Shown here one piece after another: positions 39,759 through 49,175 of a stretch of DNA of 64,000 nucleotides. The stretch comes from Thermoplasmatales archaeon (GTDB taxonomy: Archaea > Thermoplasmatota > Thermoplasmata > Thermoplasmatales > Thermoplasmataceae), in contig DAHXNF010000040.1 in assembly GCA_027366585.1 (NCBI GenBank), positions 5,740 through 69,739 on the forward strand, written 5' to 3'. The notes under the pieces were generated by a model that was not told the origin of the DNA, made no database searches, and saw only the letters and a list, made by a program, of their open reading frames with translations. The position numbers and the translations under genes were made by a program. The first letter of the stretch is position 1. Each line of letters starts with the position of its first letter.

Positions 39759-41090
39759 TCAGCTTCCATGAATCACAGACTTATTCCGCATCATCGATGC
39801 AAGCAGCGCCTTTGGCCCCTGGACAATATTCTGGTTGCAGAGCGGGTTTGTCCAGCTTTCCGGCAGCTTAAGAGGAAGCGTGTTAAAGAAGATCGACGAG
39901 ACCTGCAGCGTGTCGCGCGAAAGTTCTTCAAGGTACGGGTCTTCCGACCACACTGAAGAAAACATGAGGTTACCGGACTGCATTACCTGCTGAAAAGCAT
40001 CCTCTATGGAGCGGATGACCTGCAACCTGAGCACAGGGAGATTGGAAATCTCTCCAAGCGCCTTCGGGTCCTGGACATTGCCGATCAGTGCGGGATAAAA
40101 TATGTTCTTTTCAAACCCGCGCCAGTCCAGGAGATCGAGCGTCTTGTTTTTCCGGGTGGCGATTGATGCAGCCACTTCCTTCGCCCTCTGGGGATCCTGG
40201 ACGGTGCCGACTGCGGATTTCCCGGACAGCGGATCCCCCGCTTCCAGCTTGTCGATCTCTTCAATAAGCCTGTTCTTTAGGTACTCTTCAGCACCTGATT
40301 CCACAAGAACAGTGGCGGGCCTCCTGAACGGCGATCTCGAGTAATCCAGGAAAAGACTTGCAATTGTCCGGGCACACGAGTCCAGCGATGCATCTGCGGT
40401 AACAACGACTGAAAAACCCTCCCCAAATTCTGCGGCCACCGACGGATATCCCTTATTTTTCCTGAATGCAGTAAGATTATCCTCCGGGCCAGAGAAAAGT
40501 ATGTCGGAAACCACGAGATTCTCAAGGAGCATTTCGGTTTTACCCCGTGCCGCAAAGAGGGAAGTCACCAGGCCCGCTTTTTCCTTCACCTCAGGATCGG
40601 GGTAATCAAGCAGCCTTAGAATTGCAGTGAATGCCTCCTTGTCCGGTGACACAACGGTAAGCTTCCTGGAAATGACGCTGGGAATCACTCTTTCAACGAA
40701 TGACAGGATTGGGCACCACCTGTCTGGATAAACAACCGCAACGCCGTCACAGGAAGGGTGCGAACCATCATGCTCACCTTCTCCGGGGGTATCGCTGGAC
40801 ACCGTCCGGATGCGCCCCAGATCGCCATGCAGGAGATCGTTCGCAGCAGAAATCTCCGCTCTCGATGCAGCAACCGGTTTTCCAGTATCTTCCGTGATCG
40901 CAAGGGCTATCTCTTCCTTACTGGAAAGAAGCGCACCCCTCAAGCTTAGGAGAAAATCCTCCTGTCCACCTGAATCCGTCACCCTGTGGCCGAGGACGGA
41001 GGCGATAGCCCTCCTCAACTTGGAAGACCTGGATTCTGCATAATCCCTAGCCTCAAGGGTAATCCTGTTCAGTGCCCTGATTCCCGGCAT
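39759..41090 (-). CDS. aldehyde dehydrogenase superfamily-like protein, catalytic residues apparently missing
   Basis: 443 aa with an ALDH-like layout (KEEIALAITEDTGKPVAASRAEI; AAEFGEGFSVVVTADASLD). There is no Cys at the GQ.C.A position (reads SRSPFRRPA), and WNFP reads RWCPI. Confidence 0.6.
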   Translation of the reverse strand: MPGIRALNRITLEARDYAESRSSKLRRAIASVLGHRVTDSGGQEDFLLSLRGALLSSKEEIALAITEDTGKPVAASRAEISAANDLLHGDLGRIRTVSSDTPGEGEHDGSHPSCDGVAVVYPDRWCPILSFVERVIPSVISRKLTVVSPDKEAFTAILRLLDYPDPEVKEKAGLVTSLFAARGKTEMLLENLVVSDILFSGPEDNLTAFRKNKGYPSVAAEFGEGFSVVVTADASLDSCARTIASLFLDYSRSPFRRPATVLVESGAEEYLKNRLIEEIDKLEAGDPLSGKSAVGTVQDPQRAKEVAASIATRKNKTLDLLDWRGFEKNIFYPALIGNVQDPKALGEISNLPVLRLQVIRSIEDAFQQVMQSGNLMFSSVWSEDPYLEELSRDTLQVSSIFFNTLPLKLPESWTNPLCNQNIVQGPKALLASMMRNKSVIHGS

Positions 41091-41127
41091 AATGGTGTGT
41101 AGGCTGAAATGCCTTATCTATGTGACG

Positions 41128-41976
41128 TTACAGGAATTCCTCGACGGACTTCTCGCTTAGCTTTACTGTCTCGATTTCCATCATCGAGGCGTTGCCAGCC
41201 ACAGGGTCCATGTCGATGTAGCTCCTGGCAGACTTTTCATAAAATATGCCGATCGGTATCCTATCTCCCCATTCCTCCGATACCTTGTATGCAGCCGCAA
41301 AATCAGTCAGGTCTTTTGCCTCGTACTTGTAGACCCTCTTCCGGAAGTAATCGTAGGTGTTGAGCTTGTTGAATGTAACGCAGGGACTCATAACGTCTAT
41401 GAAGGAGAATCCTTTGTGCTGTATCCCCCTCTTTATGATTTCCTGGAGATGCTTAGGGTCACCTGAGAATCCTCTCGCAACGAACGTTGCGCCTGCTGCC
41501 AGGCCAAAAGTGAGTGGGTTCGTTGTCTCCTCAATGTTTCCGTACGGGGTCGTCTTGGACTTGAAGCCGATCTCCGACGTCGGAGACGCCTGCCCTGTCG
41601 TGAGGCCGAATATCTGGTTATCGGATACAATGTATGTTATGTCCACATTCCTCTTTGCCGTGTGGTAGAAGTGCTGCGTCCCTTCAAAGAACCCGTCGCC
41701 GTCTCCGCCGTAAGCAATCACGGTTAGCTTCGGGTTTGCCCATTTTACTGCGGAAGCCACGGGCAGGGCCCTGCCATGCAATCCATGGAAGCCATATGCC
41801 TTTATGAATTCCGGCAGGTTGCTTGAGCACCCTATTCCCGATACCACGACAGTATTATGTGGCTCGATACCGAGTTCCGGTAGCACTATCTTGAGTGCGG
41901 ACAGCTGTGCAAAATTACCGCATGCCGGGCACCAGTCCGGCTTGACCGTTCCATTAAAATCTGCTGTTGTTACCAT
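41128..41976 (-). CDS. 2-oxoacid:ferredoxin oxidoreductase, beta subunit (TPP-binding)
   Basis: 282 aa. DWCPACGNF, SGIGCSS and YGGDGDGFFEGTQH. Confidence 0.93.
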   Translation of the reverse strand: MVTTADFNGTVKPDWCPACGNFAQLSALKIVLPELGIEPHNTVVVSGIGCSSNLPEFIKAYGFHGLHGRALPVASAVKWANPKLTVIAYGGDGDGFFEGTQHFYHTAKRNVDITYIVSDNQIFGLTTGQASPTSEIGFKSKTTPYGNIEETTNPLTFGLAAGATFVARGFSGDPKHLQEIIKRGIQHKGFSFIDVMSPCVTFNKLNTYDYFRKRVYKYEAKDLTDFAAAYKVSEEWGDRIPIGIFYEKSARSYIDMDPVAGNASMMEIETVKLSEKSVEEFL

Positions 41977-41980
41977 ATTT

Positions 41981-43729
41981 TCACCTCTTTATCTCCTGTT
42001 CCAGTTCTTCTGCCAGCGCGCCTGGATAAAACGCTTCACCGTCATATTTCTTCACCAGTGATGTGGTCACAAGGAACTCGGACCTTAGAAGCCGGTTGAA
42101 CTGCCCTGTGTAGTTGCTCTCCACCACGATGATCTTCTTCCTGTTTTTCAGTAATTTTCCAATATCCGGGTTCAGGGGGAAAACGCGGTTCACCTCAACT
42201 GCACCTGCCTTGATTCCCCTGCTCCGCAATATGTCCACGGCTTCCTCAACTACACCCTGGGTCGATCCCCACTGCACAATTGCGTAATCTGCATCACCAA
42301 GCATGTAGGTGTCGGTAGGCGGCATCTCCTTCACGTACGTATCGAGTTTCCTCATTCTCTTATCCATTATTGCGATCCTGAGTTTCGGATCCGTCTCGGC
42401 ATCGGAAACAACGTCTCCTGTCTCGGAATGCTCATCCGAATCCTCATTATGCATCAGGCCAGCCTGTCCCGGTATTGCTCTCGGGGAAATGCCGTTCGCT
42501 GTGTACTCATAGCGCTTGAAGTTCTTCGCGTTGTCCTGGGCTCTCAACCCATGATCTATCTTGAAGTTGAAGTCGAATTTGTCTACTGTTTCCAGGTGCT
42601 CGGCGAGATACAGATCAGACATCACGATCACCGGGGTCTGGTACTTTTCCGCGAGGTTCATTGCCTCCCTTGTCAGTAGGAAGGTATCGTATACATTTCT
42701 CGGCGCAAGCACGATCCTTGGGAAGTCGCCCTGCGATGCTCCAAGGACAAGGTTCAGGTCTCCCTGCTCCGTCTTCGTCGGAAGTCCGGTAGATGGTCCG
42801 GAACGCTGCGCTTCATAAACCACAAGAGGTATCTCCAGCATTCCCGCCATTCCAAGCGCTTCCACCATCAACGAGAATCCGCCGCCGGAGGATCCTGTCA
42901 TGGCCCTAAGGCCTGCGTAATTTGCGCCTATCGCCATGTTGATCGCAGATATCTCGTCCTCAGGTACCTTGACAAACAGGTTGAAATCCTTCGCGTGGCT
43001 CGATATATAATGCAGTGCAGACGACGCAGGCGTCATCGGGTAACCTATGTACATCTTGAGTCCGCCATTCACTGCTCCTAACCCGATTGCTTCTCCGCCG
43101 CCCAGAAGGTATTTCTTGTTGCTGTTGAACTTCAGCTTCTTGTCAAGCTTCTTGAAATGATCGTTGAAGTATTCAAATCCTTCCTTTGCAGCCGAGACGT
43201 TCTGTTCAGCCACATCGCCCTTTCCCCCAAACGTATCCCTGATCACGTCTCCAACAACGTCAAATGGCATACCAATTGATGCCATCGCGGCTCCTATTGC
43301 AACTGTATTCTTGACAAGCGAAACCTTGCTGTGCCTTCCCGCTATCTCCGCGAGCGGAACAGCGCAATACTGGATATTGTCGTATTTCTGGAAACCTGTA
43401 AGTGCAGTGTCGAATATGGCAATCCCATTTAGCGGCGAAGCCCCACCCTCGTTGATCTCAGGGTTTGTGTGCCTTACAAGTGCATCTATATTCAGTGCAA
43501 TCAGGACGTCGAGGCCATCACCCTGGTTTCTTACCTTATTGTGCGAGGCACGAACCTGATACCAGCTCTGACCTCCTCTAACAATATCCTGGTAATAGTT
43601 ATACGTCATGGCATACAGCCCGGTTCTTGAAAATGATTTTGCTACAACAGACCCTGCAGATTGGACACCTTCGCCTGCAGCGCCACCTATCCTCACGATT
43701 ACTTCTTCACTGGTCATAAGATCAAGCAA
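41981..43729 (-). CDS. 2-oxoacid:ferredoxin oxidoreductase, alpha subunit (fused gamma-alpha type)
   Basis: 582 aa. The N-terminal gamma-like GGAAGEGVQSAG is followed by the alpha domains (YPMTPASS, GGGFSLM). Gene order is alpha-beta, as in Sulfolobus/Thermoplasma-type enzymes. Confidence 0.93.
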   Translation of the reverse strand: MLDLMTSEEVIVRIGGAAGEGVQSAGSVVAKSFSRTGLYAMTYNYYQDIVRGGQSWYQVRASHNKVRNQGDGLDVLIALNIDALVRHTNPEINEGGASPLNGIAIFDTALTGFQKYDNIQYCAVPLAEIAGRHSKVSLVKNTVAIGAAMASIGMPFDVVGDVIRDTFGGKGDVAEQNVSAAKEGFEYFNDHFKKLDKKLKFNSNKKYLLGGGEAIGLGAVNGGLKMYIGYPMTPASSALHYISSHAKDFNLFVKVPEDEISAINMAIGANYAGLRAMTGSSGGGFSLMVEALGMAGMLEIPLVVYEAQRSGPSTGLPTKTEQGDLNLVLGASQGDFPRIVLAPRNVYDTFLLTREAMNLAEKYQTPVIVMSDLYLAEHLETVDKFDFNFKIDHGLRAQDNAKNFKRYEYTANGISPRAIPGQAGLMHNEDSDEHSETGDVVSDAETDPKLRIAIMDKRMRKLDTYVKEMPPTDTYMLGDADYAIVQWGSTQGVVEEAVDILRSRGIKAGAVEVNRVFPLNPDIGKLLKNRKKIIVVESNYTGQFNRLLRSEFLVTTSLVKKYDGEAFYPGALAEELEQEIKR

Positions 43730-44190
43730 CTGTATTTTAAGAATCTATTAATACATGCCGAATACCCGAAAATGCCTTTTTTTGGAAAATCTTCCATGTG
43801 AGCTACCTATCATGCAGAACTCAATGTCACGATCAGGTAACCTTTCATGGAAGTACTTACATTGAAGGTGACGGGACAGCCAAACCTCTCTGCAATATTC
43901 ACAATACATGAGATTCCTGTGCTTTCCTTCCGATCATGGAATTCACAAAAAAGGGGTTAAATCGAATTATATACGCCGCTTAATGACGATGATTTTTCTG
44001 TACCGATAAGATGGGACAGCTGCTTAATTTTAAAACACGAGCTAAAAGCTCTGTGATCTAATGCATAATATACACTGGTTGATGACGCCAACCAGAGAAG
44101 AGGCCGTGAGCAATTTCTCGTAACCAACAGATTATTCTTGTGTTTTTCATAACATCTTTGCGAATAAAAAGATTTTATTACATCCATCCC

Positions 44191-45204
44191 ATGATGGCTC
44201 ATCTCATGAAAAGTTCGCTGGGTATTGGAAATAAGGTATTGATCGCCGTTATTGAGTTTATTGCGCTTCTTATTTTCCTCTACGCGTTCCTGCTTGCAGC
44301 AGAATACACAAACAAAAATGCAGTGATCCTGCAATCGGCAGGATATTCAATGGGCGTTAACCAGAGTTCCTTCTTGCAGTTCTTTTATTTCCTCAGGGAC
44401 GTATTCACCGGTAGCTGGGGCAACGTCACGCCATCATTTCCTACACTGGGAGCCTTCCCAGCAACGACAGTTGTAGGATTCTCCCTGCCACTTACCGCTA
44501 TCCTTCTCTTGATATCGCTCCTTGTCTCGATGCCTATCGTTATACTGATGGGGATCGGTTACAGCAGGAGGGTCAACACGACAACAAAAGCGGCATCAAA
44601 CGTTTACCTGGGACTCGGCGCAATCTTCCCACTCTTTCTTGTAGCTGCTTTTGCCCGCTTTTTCCTTTATAATACATCTCTAATCATTTCCGCATCGAGC
44701 AAGAACCTCCCGAACTGGAGTTTTCCCACTCACATTCCGTTCATCGACGGCCTGATCAACGGGAACTATGCGCTGGCCGGATCTGGCATCCTTGTTTTCA
44801 TCATACCGCTTCTTCTTATGATATTCTTCGCATCAGTTGAGATGCTGCAAATATACAGGTCCGGTATACTTAAGTCGCTTAACCAGGGATATCTTGGCTC
44901 AGCCAGCAGCCTTGGACTCCCACGCTGGCTGGTTGTGAGAAATTACCTGATGAACAAGGGAGCTTCTGAGATATTCCGGTATATGCCAATTGTTATGACA
45001 AGCATACTTACATTTGACATTGTGGTGGAAGCAATAATGTCATACCGGGGAATCGGCTGGGTGTTTTACGAATCCATAATTTCCGGCAGTTACTTTGGTG
45101 CAATATTCTCCCTGTTTGTATTCGGAATCATCATCATATTGGCTTCTTTCATATCAGGAATCGCACGTGCCTTACTGGATCCAGAAATTGCCGGGGGTGA
45201 GTGA
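44191..45204 (+). CDS. Opp/Dpp-type ABC transporter permease (OppB-like)
   Basis: Polytopic, first gene of the permease-permease-ATPase-ATPase operon. The track start at 44140 is GTG and the first ATG pair is at 44191. Confidence 0.75.
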   Translation: MMAHLMKSSLGIGNKVLIAVIEFIALLIFLYAFLLAAEYTNKNAVILQSAGYSMGVNQSSFLQFFYFLRDVFTGSWGNVTPSFPTLGAFPATTVVGFSLPLTAILLLISLLVSMPIVILMGIGYSRRVNTTTKAASNVYLGLGAIFPLFLVAAFARFFLYNTSLIISASSKNLPNWSFPTHIPFIDGLINGNYALAGSGILVFIIPLLLMIFFASVEMLQIYRSGILKSLNQGYLGSASSLGLPRWLVVRNYLMNKGASEIFRYMPIVMTSILTFDIVVEAIMSYRGIGWVFYESIISGSYFGAIFSLFVFGIIIILASFISGIARALLDPEIAGGE

Positions 45205-45205
45205 T

Positions 45206-46174
45206 ATGGATGGCATTGAAGGCAATGACAGGCTTGAACCTCCGACAGTAACAATGATCCTGAAGTCCCGGCAGGCTACCAAGTCGGTGAAGGTATCCCT
45301 GGCAAACAAGAGCGCACTTGCGGGAGCAATCATTACTGCAATTTACTTTATTATAGGGCTGCTGGATACCGCGTTTCCCGGTTATCTTGGCGCATCGGGA
45401 TCAATGGGTAACGCACTTACAGCATTCCACGGATCTCTTGCCGCATCCACACCGGTTTCTCCACTCTTCGGTTCTGGGTGGTACATACTTGGTGGAACAC
45501 TGTACGGGCTTCCGATTCTTCCAGTCATGCTTGCAGCGATAAAATTTGACCTGGCATTCTCCCTCTTCGTTGTGGTTGTCAGCTCGCTTATCGGACTGGT
45601 TATAGGCCTGTATGCAGGATTCTTTGGCGGAATTATTGACATGATACTCATCAAGATTTCAGATTTCTTCCTTCAGATACCGCTAATCGGACTTGCGATA
45701 ATAATCGCATATCTTCTGGGTTTCTCCTTCCTCGACCTTGCAATTGCTGTCGCGATTTCATGGTGGCCTGTCTTTGCGGTGTTTGTACGCGACAAGGCGC
45801 ATTCTGTAAAGAAGGCGACATTTGTAGTTTCTGCCATGTCGTCAGGAGACACTGCAACGGAAATAACGTTCAGGCACATCTTCCCAAGCATACTTCCAGA
45901 CTTCGCGGCCAGGGTATTCATTGAGCTGGGACTCATTGTCCAGGTCCTGGCAACAGTGGATTTCCTTAATCTCAATCCCTCGTTCAGGTATATGCCTGAA
46001 ATAGGCAATATGATGTCCTGGGGGAGCAGCAACGCCCTGCTTGGAACTACGGCATGGTGGCCGCTGGTGATACCCGGGCTGTTTCTTCTGGGCTTTACAC
46101 TTGGTGTTTTCCTCCTTGGTTCTGGGCTTAAACGTTCCATAAGGTACAAGAGCAGGAGATATGAACAGAGATGA
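45206..46174 (+). CDS. Opp/Dpp-type ABC transporter permease (OppC-like)
   Basis: ATG 45206 lies 1 nt after the OppB-like stop. Polytopic, with a BPD_transp_1-like segment (AMSSGDTATEITFRHIFPSILPD). Confidence 0.8.
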   Translation: MDGIEGNDRLEPPTVTMILKSRQATKSVKVSLANKSALAGAIITAIYFIIGLLDTAFPGYLGASGSMGNALTAFHGSLAASTPVSPLFGSGWYILGGTLYGLPILPVMLAAIKFDLAFSLFVVVVSSLIGLVIGLYAGFFGGIIDMILIKISDFFLQIPLIGLAIIIAYLLGFSFLDLAIAVAISWWPVFAVFVRDKAHSVKKATFVVSAMSSGDTATEITFRHIFPSILPDFAARVFIELGLIVQVLATVDFLNLNPSFRYMPEIGNMMSWGSSNALLGTTAWWPLVIPGLFLLGFTLGVFLLGSGLKRSIRYKSRRYEQR

Positions 46175-47727
46175 TGCCAGGCACACCGGTTAACACCGAA
46201 GCTCCCCTTGTCGTAGATGGACTCAAGTCATATTTCGTTACTCTTGATGGAGTTGCAAAGGTTCTCACCAGGCTCAGTTTCAACCTCAACAAGAGCGAGA
46301 TCCTTGGCGTTTTTGGAGAGAGCAGGAGCGGCAAGACAACTGCTGCCAACTCTATTGTCGACCTGCTAAGATCCCCCGGTTACGTCGTCGGGGGCGCAGT
46401 ATACATAGAAAGGTTCAACATATTCAGGGATGTTAAGAAACTTGACAAGATTAATGCCGCCATATCTTCCGGAAAGGAGAAGAAGAGCAGTCTTCGCGGA
46501 TTGAAGCAGCAGGAGGAGATAATGGGCCTCCTGAGGGGAAAGACCATTACACTGGTTTCAGAGGACGCACATGCAAGCCTCAACCCGATGCAGAGCATTG
46601 GGAACCAGTTCCTGGAGGCAATCCTCAGCCAGAATACCTCCGAATTATGCCAATCCGTCATAAACAGGGAAGAATTCACGCTGGAGGATGTCGAGAGGCT
46701 GGTAAGCACGGTTGAGCAGCAACCTGACATCTCGGGAAGGAAGAGGATCATTAGGCAATGGATGACAGATCATGCAATATTCAGCACCAGGGACATCATA
46801 ATCAATGCATTCGATTTCAAGTATGGTCAGGAGGATCTGGCACAGGAAGTGTTCAGCATTGCAAGCACGGAGAAGAGCAAGACCGAACTCGGGGAGGTTA
46901 GAAGAGTCAAGAGCATATTCGATCTGCATTCCAGGATAGGAAAGCTAAGTGTAGACCTGGTACATGCAACTGCTGACAAGGACACCGAACTCGTCAAGGA
47001 TATCCAGACCGATCTGTCAAACAGCGTGGGAAAGCTGAAGGAGCTTGGATCCTTCGAGAAGACACAGAGATCCCTGCTGAAGGGGAAAAAGCACTCCTTC
47101 ATGCGCGATATCGCAGTCATGTATGCGGCAAACATACTCAGGGACTTTGGTGTTGAGGAGACGGATTCACTGCTGGCATCATACCCCCACGAGCTTGGAA
47201 ATGTGCTCAAGCAGAAGATTGCGCTTGCCCTGGCATTCTCTATCAGGCCGAGGATTGTGATTCTCGACGAACCCACCGAAAGCTTTGACGTCAATACGAA
47301 GCTCAAGATACTCTCCTCGATCAAGGAGGAGCAGAGGTCCAGGAACGATCTCAGCATCCTTATTTTTTCGAAGGATCTCACAATTTTATCAGCTATCTCG
47401 GACCGGGTGCTCGTAATGTATTCAGGCAACGTGATCGAGGAATCAACTATAGATGTCCTCATTCATGACTCAAAGCATCCCTTCACGAGCGGCGTGATAA
47501 ACACATTTGAGGCAGCCGAGCGGGTTTCGGATAAGACTGTAAAGCTTGAGTACACCCAGGGATTCTCCCCTGATTTTGTGAATCCTCCCAAGGGCTGCAG
47601 GTTCAACCCCAGGTGCAAGTTCAGGATGGACATGTGCTCGATCAAGAAGCCGCTTTTATCTCCTATAGCCGAGGGGCACAATGTGGCATGCTTCCTGTAT
47701 TCTGAGGCAGTGGAGGAGGAAAGATGA
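46171..47727 (+). CDS. Opp/Dpp-type ABC ATPase (OppD-like) with large insertion and degenerate signature/H-loop
   Basis: 518 aa. Walker A GESRSGKTT, Q-loop region SEDAHASLNP, YPHELGNVLKQK in place of YPHE.SGG..QR, Walker B ILDEPTESFD, FSKDL in place of THDL, and the C-terminal KHPFTSG...GCRFNPRC domain. Confidence 0.85.
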   Translation: MMPGTPVNTEAPLVVDGLKSYFVTLDGVAKVLTRLSFNLNKSEILGVFGESRSGKTTAANSIVDLLRSPGYVVGGAVYIERFNIFRDVKKLDKINAAISSGKEKKSSLRGLKQQEEIMGLLRGKTITLVSEDAHASLNPMQSIGNQFLEAILSQNTSELCQSVINREEFTLEDVERLVSTVEQQPDISGRKRIIRQWMTDHAIFSTRDIIINAFDFKYGQEDLAQEVFSIASTEKSKTELGEVRRVKSIFDLHSRIGKLSVDLVHATADKDTELVKDIQTDLSNSVGKLKELGSFEKTQRSLLKGKKHSFMRDIAVMYAANILRDFGVEETDSLLASYPHELGNVLKQKIALALAFSIRPRIVILDEPTESFDVNTKLKILSSIKEEQRSRNDLSILIFSKDLTILSAISDRVLVMYSGNVIEESTIDVLIHDSKHPFTSGVINTFEAAERVSDKTVKLEYTQGFSPDFVNPPKGCRFNPRCKFRMDMCSIKKPLLSPIAEGHNVACFLYSEAVEEER

Positions 47728-49175
47728 TTGAGATAGATGAAACAACGCTTCTATATGCAGCACACATGGATCTGGAGCTGGCAGCAATCACCAGGAGACC
47801 CGGAGACAAGGCAAAGGTGCTGGACGACATCTCATTGCAACTGCTTGAGGGCGAAACCCTGGGCATAATCGGCGAGTCCGGAAGCGGGAAGTCTATCCTG
47901 CTCAGGGCGATAGCAGGGCTTGTACATGTCGACTCAGGCGCAGTTTACTTCGAGACGCCGCCTGAATTCATGTACAAGGCAGTGAAGCTCGAGAAAGAGT
48001 ACGTCCCGGGCGGATCGAATCAACCCGCTGCATTGAGCCCCGCAAGCGGCATCAGCCCGGAACTTGCCGACATCAGGGCTAGGTTTTCGCTGATAGCCGG
48101 CCCGCTGCGGAAAACAAGGAAGGTAAGGAAGGAGATCTACTTTGTCTTCCAGGGGTCTAGAACCGCTATAGATCCCAAGAAGACAGTGTGGGATATCATC
48201 GCGGAGTCATTCAAGCGTGGAACGGATCTCAACAAATCGGAAATCGACAGAAAGATCAGGGAAGTAGCTGAAGCTGCCGGGCTCAGGGAATCCGATCTGC
48301 AGAAGTACCCGAATGACATGAACGTCGAGGAGCTCCAGATCGTGAATATAGCAAGGGCCCTTGCCGTGGAGCCGAAGCTTGCCATACTGGATGAACCAAC
48401 GTCGGACATGGATATTTCGGCGCAGGCACAGATCCTCAATACTCTCAGGGACTATCAGTACTCACGGGGAATGTCCTACATCGTGGCATCCAACGACCTG
48501 AATGTAATCAGGGTGCTCTCCGATAAGGTTGCAGTGATGTACCTCGGCAAGATAGTTGAGTACTCGACCCTGCAGAACATATATTCCGGCATGCTGCACC
48601 CCTACACCAAGAAGCTGCTGTCGAATGCAATCACCCTGGAAAACGGCAAAGGACTCATCGACAGCGAAATTAGCGATCGATCCCCGGCCCTACCGAATAT
48701 ACCTGCAGGTTGCGCATTCCACACGCGCTGCCCCGTTGCATTCAAGCATTGCGGCTGGACTGCGGCAGAGATTGCACCACTCATTAGGGAAATCCTCATC
48801 CTGAACAGGAACACAGACCTGAGTAATTTCCCTCCATATCATGAACTGATCCCGGACACTGCGGGTAATTCACTTAAGATCACATTTGAAGGCGGCCCGC
48901 ACATTTCCTACGAGTTCGTAAGTGAATTCAACAGGCTCATAGAAGCCAGGATCCTGCTGGAGGGTGGAACGCCTCTCCAGGCAGTATCCTCGGTTACTGT
49001 ATCGCCTGGAGGTGATTTCGTCACAATCCAGCTGCTCAAGCCGAAGGTTCCGAAGCTGATGGAGGTCAGGCCCGCTCATTTTGCGTCATGTTTCCAGTAC
49101 GGTGGTCTCGATGAATACACCGACCGGCAGGAGACCAGGGAGCCGGAAGAAAAGCCTTCAGTGGAAGAATCCTAG
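47724..49175 (+). CDS. Opp/Dpp-type ABC ATPase (OppF-like) with degenerate signature/H-loop and C-terminal extension
   Basis: 483 aa. Walker A GESGSGKS, YPNDMNVEELQIVNIARAL in place of the LSGGQ region, Walker B ILDEPTSDMD, ASNDL in place of SHDL, LHPYTKKL...GCAFHTRCP, then about 130 extra residues. Confidence 0.85.
   Translation: MIEIDETTLLYAAHMDLELAAITRRPGDKAKVLDDISLQLLEGETLGIIGESGSGKSILLRAIAGLVHVDSGAVYFETPPEFMYKAVKLEKEYVPGGSNQPAALSPASGISPELADIRARFSLIAGPLRKTRKVRKEIYFVFQGSRTAIDPKKTVWDIIAESFKRGTDLNKSEIDRKIREVAEAAGLRESDLQKYPNDMNVEELQIVNIARALAVEPKLAILDEPTSDMDISAQAQILNTLRDYQYSRGMSYIVASNDLNVIRVLSDKVAVMYLGKIVEYSTLQNIYSGMLHPYTKKLLSNAITLENGKGLIDSEISDRSPALPNIPAGCAFHTRCPVAFKHCGWTAAEIAPLIREILILNRNTDLSNFPPYHELIPDTAGNSLKITFEGGPHISYEFVSEFNRLIEARILLEGGTPLQAVSSVTVSPGGDFVTIQLLKPKVPKLMEVRPAHFASCFQYGGLDEYTDRQETREPEEKPSVEES

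Noticed and set aside
43957-44334. A 125-aa minus-strand ORF upstream of, and overlapping, the OppB-like start.
   Set aside because: It has no motif and overlaps the permease N-terminus, so it is likely non-coding. It does not look like the missing substrate-binding protein, being too short and lacking a signal or lipobox.
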